Origin: Vulcanimicrobiota bacterium
Lineage (GTDB): Bacteria; Vulcanimicrobiota; Vulcanimicrobiia; Vulcanimicrobiales; Vulcanimicrobiaceae
DNA length: 64,000 nt
NCBI GenBank assembly: GCA_963777315.1
Contig: CAVZQC010000004.1
Coordinates: 416,001 to 480,000, forward strand
Direction of reading: 5' to 3'
The position numbers were made by a program, and so were the translations under genes. Below, one piece after another: positions 52,051 to 60,600 of this stretch. Each line of letters starts with the position of its first letter. Within the stretch, counting starts at the first letter, position 1. The notes under the pieces are model-generated. The model was not told the origin of the DNA and ran no database searches. It saw only the letters and a program-made list of their open reading frames with translations.

Positions 52051-53277
52051 GGACAGTGCCAATGCCGGCACCGTCACCAGAAGGCCGATGCGCAAAAATT
52101 GCCGCGGCGTCACTTCGACGCCGTCGCGGCGCAGCAGCAGCAGCCAGAGCAGCGTCGCCAGGGATCCGGTGACCGAAAGATTGGGGCCGAGATCCACGCC
52201 GATCAGCGCGGCATTCGCGATATGCGAACCGACCTGATGGTCGTGCAATGCATACCGCACCAAAACGCCCGTCGGCAAATTGTTCAGCACGTTGTCCGCG
52301 ATCGCCACCACCGACCCGGTCAGCAGCGACCCGGCCAATTGCGGCAAACCGTTTGCCTGATGAAAGAACGCGCGCGCGTACTCGAGCACGCCCGTGCGAT
52401 CGAGTCCTTGAACGATGACGAAGAGTCCGGCTACGAGCGGAACGATCGACCACGGGCCCTGTCTCGCTATCGCTGCAGGCGTGGTTGAGTCGCGCATCGT
52501 GACCGCGAGCATGCTGAGCGCAGCCAAAACGAACGTGACGCGTCCCACCGGCCAGCCGAATGCCGTAGCTGCGACGATCAGAACCGCCGAAGCGGAAACC
52601 ACGCACAGCGCCGTTTTTCCGGCTTGCGTCAACGGGAACGGGCTGGATTGTGGGTTACACCGGCCGCCCAGTTCTCGCCGGTACGCGTAGCGCAAGAGCA
52701 GAAAAGTTGAGCCGACTGCAGCTGTCGACGGCAGCCAAAACGCGCCCAGCCAAGGCAGCAAGGTCGGAAGCCGGCGAAACACGACCAAGTTGGCCGGATT
52801 ACTTATGGGCAAGATGAAGCTGGCCGCGTTCGCGACGAACGCGCAGGCATACAGGAACGGCAATGGTGCAACGCCGGCGCACCTGGAGAGCGCCAGCACC
52901 GCCGGCGTGAGAAGAAGAATCGTCCCGTCGTTGGAAAGCAGCGCGGTCACGGCGATTCCGCCGGCATACACCCATGCGAACAGGCGAGCGCTGGAACCCG
53001 CGGCACTGCGCAAAAGAACCTGCGCGGCCCGATCGAAAACGCCGTGGATGCGCGCAAGCTCGGCCAGAGTGAGCATGCCGGCAAGAAACAGATAGACGTC
53101 CAGACCGTCGAGCGCGGCGTTGGCGGCATCCGTGCCGCCGAGCAGGCCGCTCGCGACCAAAACCGCCGCGCCGGCCGTGGCCCAGACCCATTCGCCAATG
53201 CGCCAAGGACGCAACAAAATCGCCGCGATGGTCGCGGCGCTGATGGTCCAGACGGCAATGGCGGCGCCGGCGGTCAT
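52033..53277 (-). CDS. ArsB/NhaD (ion transporter superfamily) permease
   Basis: [34 protein letters not shown] and [19 protein letters not shown] motifs. Confidence 0.88.
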   Translation of the reverse strand: MTAGAAIAVWTISAATIAAILLRPWRIGEWVWATAGAAVLVASGLLGGTDAANAALDGLDVYLFLAGMLTLAELARIHGVFDRAAQVLLRSAAGSSARLFAWVYAGGIAVTALLSNDGTILLLTPAVLALSRCAGVAPLPFLYACAFVANAASFILPISNPANLVVFRRLPTLLPWLGAFWLPSTAAVGSTFLLLRYAYRRELGGRCNPQSSPFPLTQAGKTALCVVSASAVLIVAATAFGWPVGRVTFVLAALSMLAVTMRDSTTPAAIARQGPWSIVPLVAGLFVIVQGLDRTGVLEYARAFFHQANGLPQLAGSLLTGSVVAIADNVLNNLPTGVLVRYALHDHQVGSHIANAALIGVDLGPNLSVTGSLATLLWLLLLRRDGVEVTPRQFLRIGLLVTVPALALSLVCLR

Positions 53278-53410
53278 GTGCCGCAGCAGTTTTGCCCGTT
53301 CCATCGAGCACCTTCAGAGCCGGCGGCCTGCTAGCGGCCGCCTTGCCCTAATCCGGCCGGATGCTGCACGCGCTGCGAGTGCCGACCGGCTGCACCGAAG
53401 GCGTTAAGCG

Positions 53411-53911
53411 TCAGTGCAGAACTGTGACCGACGGTTCGCCCGTCGGCTGATTGTTTGTCGACATCGGATCGTAGAGCAGCCAAATCTTCCCGTACGTGTC
53501 CAGAATCGAAGCGGTGACTTTTTTCGCATCATCCGCAGACAGGTCGGGCATCGTCGCGTTCACCTTCGGAATTTCGTCTCTGTGGTAATGCCATAAAGAC
53601 TGTTCGCTTGCAGGGAACGATTTATACGTTGCGGGACTGACGATGGTTTCCACTCCGATCAGCGTCGCGTTCGGCGCATCGCTGCTGTACAGCTGGCATT
53701 CCGTCAATCCGTTTTCCACGGGTTTGCACCAATGGTGCGCGATCTCGGTCGGATGCTGATCGCCGAAATGTTTCTCTGCGTCGATGTGCAGCGTCCAGCC
53801 CTGCGTCGGCTGCGGGCCGGTTGCGGCCCCTGCAGGCGGCAGCGAACGCGCGACCAGCGCTCCAGCAATAAAGGCCGCGCATAGCGCGATCGCACTCAGG
53901 ACGGTTTTCAT
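53411..53911 (-). CDS. DUF1264/OBAP-family secreted protein
   Basis: AHHWC, CQLY, LIGVE, LWHYH and TYGK motifs; signal peptide; GGAGG RBS. Confidence 0.75.
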   Translation of the reverse strand: MKTVLSAIALCAAFIAGALVARSLPPAGAATGPQPTQGWTLHIDAEKHFGDQHPTEIAHHWCKPVENGLTECQLYSSDAPNATLIGVETIVSPATYKSFPASEQSLWHYHRDEIPKVNATMPDLSADDAKKVTASILDTYGKIWLLYDPMSTNNQPTGEPSVTVLH

Positions 53912-53929
53912 TGCAAGGTACCTCCATAA

Positions 53930-53958
53930 TATTAACCTACGTCATCATTATGCGCCGA
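53930..53958 (-). other. dif-like Xer recombination site candidate
   Basis: TCGGCGCATAA-TGATGAC-GTAGGTTAATA versus E. coli dif GGTGCGCATAA-TGTATA-TTATGTTAAAT; 7-nt spacer; about 115 nt upstream of the xer gene. Confidence 0.35.
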
Positions 53959-54074
53959 GCCTCTAAGGGTCAGGCAGGAGTCCGGGCCGCCAGCGAAGTA
54001 GATGAAACTATTATTCTGTCTACTTCGACGCGGAACGAGGAGGGCGGCCGATATGCGGATCCAGCGGTGCGAAC

Positions 54075-55031
54075 ATGGGCCTGGATAAGCGGCGCGGCCC
54101 GGCGCTGGCCGATCCCCTGATCAGCGCGCACGGCGCGTTCGTTTTGCTCGAGCGTGGCCGAGGCGCGCTGACCGTGGAGGCCTACGCGCGCGATTTACAG
54201 CTGTTCGGAGCGTTTCTTGCCGGGCTGCCGCGCGATCAAAGCCCCTCCGGGCACGAATATCCGCAGCTGCGCACCGCGACGGCTTCGAACATCCGGCAGT
54301 TCGTCATCGAATTGGCGGGACCGCGCAAGTACAGCGCCGTGTCGATTCGGCGCAAACTCGCTTCGATCAAATCGTTTTACAAGTTTCTCAAGAGCGAAGG
54401 TTTGCGGGAGGACGATCCGGCCGTCCACATACCCGGGCCCAAGGTCCAGGAAAAGCTTCCCCGGTACCTCGAGCAGCCGGAGGTTTCCAAAGTTTTGGGC
54501 GTGCGCGTCGCCGGGCGGTCAGCCGAGCTTCAGGCTCGCGACCTTGCGATCATGGAGCTGCTCTATGCCAGCGGCATTCGGCGGGCCGAAGTCGCGGGCA
54601 TCGACATCGGCGACGTCAACTTAGAGCGGCGCACGATACGCGTGATGGGAAAAGGCAAACGCGAGCGCATCGTCATCATCAATCACGCCGCCGCGGACGC
54701 AATTGCCGCGTATCTGCGCTGCCGCCCGCAAAGCAGTGAGGACGCGCTGTTCTTGGGACGAAGCAAACGGCGGCTGTCCCCCCAGCAGGTGTGGAAGATC
54801 TTCCGCCTCTTCTACGATCTCAGCGGAATCGACAAAAAGGCCAGCACGCACACGATGCGGCATTCCTTTGCCACCCATTTGCTGGAAAACGGCGTGGACT
54901 TGGTCACCATCAAGGAACTTTTGGGGCATAAAAGTTTGGCAACGACGCAAATCTATACCAACGTTTCGATCGAGTTCAAAAAACGCGCCTACGACGAAGC
55001 GCATCCGCGCGACCGTGAAAAGCACCGCTGA
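54075..55031 (+). CDS. Tyrosine recombinase XerC/XerD family
   Basis: TVEAYARDL, LLYASGIRRAE, GKGKRER, HTMRHSFATHLL and LLGH...TTQIYT; all catalytic residues present. Confidence 0.92.
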   Translation: MGLDKRRGPALADPLISAHGAFVLLERGRGALTVEAYARDLQLFGAFLAGLPRDQSPSGHEYPQLRTATASNIRQFVIELAGPRKYSAVSIRRKLASIKSFYKFLKSEGLREDDPAVHIPGPKVQEKLPRYLEQPEVSKVLGVRVAGRSAELQARDLAIMELLYASGIRRAEVAGIDIGDVNLERRTIRVMGKGKRERIVIINHAAADAIAAYLRCRPQSSEDALFLGRSKRRLSPQQVWKIFRLFYDLSGIDKKASTHTMRHSFATHLLENGVDLVTIKELLGHKSLATTQIYTNVSIEFKKRAYDEAHPRDREKHR

Positions 55032-55034
55032 CGC

Positions 55035-55748
55035 GTGAAGGCCCGCGTTCTTTTTCCCCTTCTGCTGAGCGCGTCGCTCGCCGGATGCGGGGCTTCGAGC
55101 GCCACGCTCACGCGGAGCGGCCTGTTCGCACCGGGGGGAACGATCTCCGTACGCAACCTGCGCGGCGACATCGATGCGTATGCGCCGGCACGCGGCGCAC
55201 CGCAGAGCGCGTATCTGGTGTCGGCATACGAACCCGCAAACGCTCGCACCGCGACGATAACGGTGCGTCCGCTGTTGATCTCGGCACAAGCCCATGGACC
55301 GGGGGTGCGTTTTTTGGTGCGCGGGCCGGCCGGCACGGCTTTGGACCTTTCTACGCGGCAAGGCGACATCTCCGTGGCGGATTTCGACGGTATCGTCAAT
55401 GCGCATACCGGCAGCGGAAACATCAAAATGCTGATCCCGCAGTACGGCAATGCGTCGATAGGGTCCGGCGACATGAGCATCATCTTTGCGAGCACGGACT
55501 GGCCGGGTGTGCTGCACTTTACCGCGCGCCGAGGCGACGTCGAAATCTACGTCAACGAGAACGCAAAAGCACGCGTGCATCTGCATACGAACGACGGCAC
55601 GGTCTTTAGCGACTTCAATCTACGCGGAGCCTCACACGGCGTCAGCGAAACGATCGACGGCGCGATCAACGGCGGAGGCCCACGTGAGGTCGACGTGGAG
55701 GTCGTGACAGGCTCTATCCGTTTGATGCAGCTTAAGCCGCAGATCTAG
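55035..55748 (+). CDS. DUF4097-like beta-strand repeat lipoprotein
   Basis: Lipobox SLAGC; repeats STRQGDI, HTGSGNI, HTNDGTV. Confidence 0.65.
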   Translation: MKARVLFPLLLSASLAGCGASSATLTRSGLFAPGGTISVRNLRGDIDAYAPARGAPQSAYLVSAYEPANARTATITVRPLLISAQAHGPGVRFLVRGPAGTALDLSTRQGDISVADFDGIVNAHTGSGNIKMLIPQYGNASIGSGDMSIIFASTDWPGVLHFTARRGDVEIYVNENAKARVHLHTNDGTVFSDFNLRGASHGVSETIDGAINGGGPREVDVEVVTGSIRLMQLKPQI

Positions 55749-55771
55749 CCGGACTCGAGTCGGCCGGTGGC

Positions 55772-55800
55772 TTGTCCTCAGTTTCATTTGAGACTATACT
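55772..55800 (+). promoter_or_regulatory. Sigma-70 promoter with overlapping inverted repeat (probable TA operator)
   Basis: TTGTCC-N17-TATACT, 9 nt before the ATG; CTCA-N8-TGAG inverted repeat overlaps the spacer. Confidence 0.7.
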
Positions 55801-55809
55801 AATTCTCGT

Positions 55810-56244
55810 ATGATACAAGCCGCCGAGATTTTGCACGTTCTGGGGCAGCGGTCGCCGTCCCGACCTTCAGCAGCCGAGCAAACCGCCCGGAGCCTGGTCC
55901 GCAAAGGTCTCCCCGCTTCGGTCATCGATGCTTTGGCCGGCCATTTCGGTGCCAACGTCGAGGACGTTTTGCACGCGGTCGGCCTTTCAAAGGCAACCGG
56001 TGCGCGTAAACGCGCAAGCACCGGGTTGCTGCGTCCCGCTTCTTCGGACCGGGCGTTCCGCATGGCGGCCGTTCTCGTGCTTGCACGCCATGTTTTGGAA
56101 GACGATGAAACGGCGCAACAGTGGTTCCGCGAACCGAATCGCGCCTTGCAGGGTGAACGGCCGCTCGATCTGCTTGATACCGAGATCGGAACGCAGCAGG
56201 TCGTTCGCGTTTTGAACCGCCTCGAAGGCGGCGTCTATTCTTGA
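55810..56244 (+). CDS. Xre/MbcA/ParS antitoxin
   Basis: HTH-like N-terminus; WFREPNRALQGERPLDLL...RLEGGVYS C-terminus. Confidence 0.9.
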   Translation: MIQAAEILHVLGQRSPSRPSAAEQTARSLVRKGLPASVIDALAGHFGANVEDVLHAVGLSKATGARKRASTGLLRPASSDRAFRMAAVLVLARHVLEDDETAQQWFREPNRALQGERPLDLLDTEIGTQQVVRVLNRLEGGVYS

Positions 56245-56780
56245 GGGCATGGCGTCTGTGCAAGCGTCGATACAGCGCTCGGGACAGCGTTCTAAGTGGA
56301 GAAGGCTCGCAAGACGTCGGAGGCCGCTGGAATAGGCCCGGCCTTCCGATGGTCTATGCTTCGGAAAATTCCTCACTGGCATTGCTGGAGACGCTGGTCC
56401 ATACCTCGATAGCCGGCTTGCCGAAATCGCTGGTTGCGGTTGAGATTCACGTTCCCGACGACGTTGACGCTACAACGCTGTTGGAAGGTTCGCTTCCCGC
56501 GACGTGGCGGGAATTAGACGATCGCCAATGCGTCGCGCTCGGCTCGGCGTGGATAGAAGCCAATGCCGATCTGGTGCTGCAAGTGCCGTCAGGCGTGAAC
56601 CCGCTCGAACGCAACGTCCTGCTGAATCCGCTTCACGCAGACATCGCACGCTGCACGATCGGGGCGGTCGTTCCCATAGTATATGACCCGCGGTTGCTGG
56701 CTCTGTTCCGAACGCCGCGGCCGGCCACTTCGGTCTCCCAAAAGCTCAAGCGGTCGCGGGCGCAACCAGTACGGCGCTAG
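56241..56780 (+). CDS. RES domain toxin (NAD+ phosphorylase type)
   Basis: GGRWN, VYASEN, LALLE, VPS and ERNVLLNP motifs; coupled to the antitoxin. Confidence 0.9.
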   Translation: MRAWRLCKRRYSARDSVLSGEGSQDVGGRWNRPGLPMVYASENSSLALLETLVHTSIAGLPKSLVAVEIHVPDDVDATTLLEGSLPATWRELDDRQCVALGSAWIEANADLVLQVPSGVNPLERNVLLNPLHADIARCTIGAVVPIVYDPRLLALFRTPRPATSVSQKLKRSRAQPVRR

Positions 56781-56788
56781 GCCGGGCC

Positions 56789-57685
56789 CTACGCTGCCCC
56801 GGTCGCCAAAACTAGCGCAATTACGCCAAGACAGCCGCTGCATGCAGCGATTGCGCGCCATGCGCCTATCAAAAAGCGGCTCTCACGCCAACTGCTTCGT
56901 GACACCCACAACCATCGCATGACGCCGGCGACTACCACTGCGTCCAGAACGATCATGCCTGCATCCAAACCCCGGCGTCCGCCCGCGTAGACGATGAGTA
57001 AGCACGCAAAACCCGCGAGCATGATGAGTTGCGAAACGATCGCGAATGGGTGCATTCCGCGAGGAAAAGCCACGACGTCGGTGCTGTTGCGTTCCACTGC
57101 TCCGAAAGATAGAACAGTCAATAGAACGACGGAAAGTCCGACAATGCCGCCTGCGTTGAAAATTACGGAGGGGCCGCTGATCTGCAGGCCGGTATGGATT
57201 CGACGATCGCCCCTGCCGAGGGTTTGCGCAACCCGCCATTCCGTAATGCCATGCTTGAGTTTCACTTTGACGAACTGTCCCGAGCGGTCCAGGTCGCGAA
57301 CCGGCCACGGCGATGCTTTTGCAACGGTTGTGCGCAGTTTAAGGAGCCTGCGTACGTCCGGCGATGTAATCGCAACATGCACGATGGTGATCCACGTGCC
57401 GGTCAGCGAGCCGTCTCCAAATTCGGCCGGAAGCACGTTGCTTGCGGGCTTCGCAGACAGTCCATCGCCGGCCAACCATGATTCTATCTTCGCTGCAGCA
57501 TACGATGCATGATTCCTCGAGACGCGTTGAGACGGTCCTTCAACGACGGCGGTTACGTCAAGGCGATATTTCGACGCGTCCAGTCCCGTTAGAACCAATC
57601 CGGCCCAAGCGAGCACGATGGCGACTGCGAGCACCGCGCCAATCGCGAGGCTTACGCGCACTGTGCGGTTCTGCGCTTCGCTCAT
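56789..57685 (-). CDS. Hypothetical membrane protein downstream of A2M
   Basis: N-terminal TM, soluble domain, about 4 C-terminal TM segments; starts 2 nt after the A2M stop. Confidence 0.6.
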   Translation of the reverse strand: MSEAQNRTVRVSLAIGAVLAVAIVLAWAGLVLTGLDASKYRLDVTAVVEGPSQRVSRNHASYAAAKIESWLAGDGLSAKPASNVLPAEFGDGSLTGTWITIVHVAITSPDVRRLLKLRTTVAKASPWPVRDLDRSGQFVKVKLKHGITEWRVAQTLGRGDRRIHTGLQISGPSVIFNAGGIVGLSVVLLTVLSFGAVERNSTDVVAFPRGMHPFAIVSQLIMLAGFACLLIVYAGGRRGLDAGMIVLDAVVVAGVMRWLWVSRSSWRESRFLIGAWRAIAACSGCLGVIALVLATGAA

Positions 57686-57687
57686 GG

Positions 57688-60600
57688 TTACAAATCTACG
57701 CGAACGCGCCGGTACGAGCTGCGTCCGAACTGCTCGGGGGCGTTCAAAAGATAGGCGTGTGTGCCCGGCCACAGATACTCGCCGGGCGTAACGGAGCGGG
57801 CCAAGTAATGAAACGCGTACGCCCCGGGGTCTAGGTGCTGCGCGAACGCGACGATCCGATCCCGGTAAATCTGCTGGTAATCGATCTGCCAATCGTCGGC
57901 GAGCGGCCGATAGTAGGCGGCGCTTGTGGCAAACGACGTGTCCAGAGCTTCGAAACCGGCCGGCAGCGGATCGTCGACGAGCACGCGGTCTACCGGGTGA
58001 TCCGTGATGACTTGCACTTCGACGTCGTACACGTTGCCTGCGGCAAATGCCAGCGGCTGCGCGTCGGCGGATAGGTCGATCGTCGCCAAGGGAGTGCTCG
58101 AATTCACCGCGCGAATCGTCCGCATGGCCCGCAGGCCCGAAAGTTGTCCCGGCGCGTCGGCCCCCAAAGCGTACGTGTAGGAGACGACGTAGTGCAGCGT
58201 GCCGCTGCCGGTTTTGCGCAGAACGACGGTATGCGATCCGGGCCGCAGATGCCGCAGTTCGATCGTGTGCGCAGGATCGGAAAACGCGGTAAAACGCGCG
58301 CTCCCCGCGTTCGAGCCGTCCAGGATCGCTTCAGCGGTAAAGTCAGGTGCCGCGCGCTGTGCGTTTGCGTAGTCGGCGATGGCCGCAAGCGCGGCTGCGG
58401 TATCGTCCAAGCCGCTCCAACCGCATTTGCACTGCTGAGCGACCAGCGCGCGCAGCGCACGGTCGGCGTCCTGCTGCGGTGCGCCGCGGTCGACCAGCAG
58501 CCGTACGTATGCAGCCTGAGCCTGCACCGGGGAACCGTACCACGAAGGCTGCTCTTGAACGTTGATGTACCGCCCGGTGACGGCAACTTCTCGCTCGAGG
58601 CTGCGCGCGAGCGAGTCGGCCTGAGCGCCCCATCCTGGCGTATGCTGCACGTACAGCGCTAGATCGATTCGTTCCGCAATGCCGAGATCGCCGCGGCCGG
58701 CAACGATGCTCTGCAGAAAATCGGTGCGGCGGTCACCCATCGACGCCAGAGCCTCCAGCATTGCCAGGCGCAGCGATGCCTTGCACGATGCAGCGGTGCA
58801 CCATTTTACGGCGCCGGCGGGATCGCTCAAGCCGCGCACCAGGTACGGTTTGGCTTTCGCCAGCGCCGCTTTCGGTACGGCAATACCCGAGCGTGCCGCC
58901 AGTGCAAGCGCGCGGACCGCGTACGCACTGGCAAACGCGTCCGAACTGTCCGCGTCGGGCCAAAAGCCGAAACCGCCGTCGATACGCTGCAGTGCCAGCA
59001 GACCTCGAACGGCATCGCTTGCCGCGCTCGAGGCGTCGATTCCGGTATGCGCTCCGAGCTTTGCCTGCAGCTCGCGCATTCGAACGGCAATGTTCAACCG
59101 GCTCGCCAGCGGCGTGAGCAATGCGGGGGTTTCCACAGCGAGTACGCGCTTGACGGGGGCGTCGATTTCGGGCAGCAGCGATCCGGCAAAATCGATGCGA
59201 ACGATGCCGTTATTCCCGACGACAACGGGTATCGTGTCCTGCGTTTGGGCAGCGCCTGCGTCCATGGTCGACTCGGACACGCCGGCACTTCGGATGTCCA
59301 GCGGCACCCGGAATGCGTCCGAAGCGCGGCCCGTAGTCGTGATGAACTGCATCGATGCCGGTCCCGCGGAACCGACGACCATGGGAAAACGCCATGGATT
59401 CAAACCCTGGCCGAATGTGCTTTGGGCTTGGGTCGTTCGAACGTCATTCGATGCGAACGTCAGCGAGCCCGAAAGCAAAGCTTGCGTTCGTGCGTCCACC
59501 GCGGTGCCGGTGGCGTTCATCAGCAGCAGACCGCCGTCGAAGCGGTCGCCCGGACGCGCGAATTGCGGCATCAGCGGATCCGTGACCAGCGGTTTGGTCG
59601 TTACGAACGTCGCATCGGCCTGGCCGAACCGTGGAATGGAATCGCCGGTTGCCGCGACCGCCATGACGCGCCAGGTCGTAAGATCGTCCGGAGTGGTGAA
59701 CGAAACGAAGGCTTCGCCGCGTTCGTCCGTCGTGACGCCGGCGTTGAAATACGCCAGCGGCATGAAGTGCGTTCGCACGCGGGTGCCCGCCGCTCCGGCA
59801 AGAAAACCGCCCCCGAATCCCCACCCCTTCTGCGTGGCGCTCGAAATCTGCGCCAGCGTCACGTCGGGCCGGTTGTCGGCCAATCGCGTAGCGATCGGCT
59901 GTGCGGCAAACACCGTTTGCAGCAAATCGGGCGGACGGTATCCGCTCAAACGAAGGATCGCATCGTTGACGACCATGACGGTAAGTTGAGAGCGAATCGC
60001 TCTTCCACGCCGGTCGACCACGCGCATGCGGATCGATTCACGCGCGTGCGGCTCAAGGCTCGCGCTCACCGGTTCCAGCCTCACACTGAGCGCACGGCTG
60101 CGCACGTCGAGCGTGAGCGGAACCAGTCCGATGCGCACGAGGCTGTCGACGTCGAGCGGGCTTCGCTGCGCCAGGGGCGCGCCGCGGCGAACCAGCACGC
60201 CCTCAACCGCCGCATTTGGAAACATCGACTGCTCGATGGGAATGCGAACGCGCGGAGCGCTGCCGTTGACGTGTACGAGGGTCTTGTACAGGACGCGGTC
60301 GCGCACGACGGACAGATAGAGATCGGCTTTGTCGTACGGGCAAGCCACTGCAACCGTCGCCATGTCGCCCACGCCGTACTGCTGTTTGTCGAGTTTCAAC
60401 TGCAGCTGCGAAGGGTTCTCCTGACCCCAGACCGCTGGGCCCGCACCGGTAATCCACACCTGCGTGTCGGTCGCCGTAGCTGCATTCGCGGCGTCGGCGA
60501 AGTTCGCGCGTATCCGGTAACTGCCCGAATCCGGGGCGACCAGCGACACGGGCCGCGGCTGCGATCCCGATTCGACGTCCGCCCGCGCTACGGTCACGTA

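Noticed and set aside
54075..55031. Recombinase acting as the integrase of the MFS-bounded island
   Set aside because: It lies outside the repeats and looks like a housekeeping XerC/D without an arm-binding domain.
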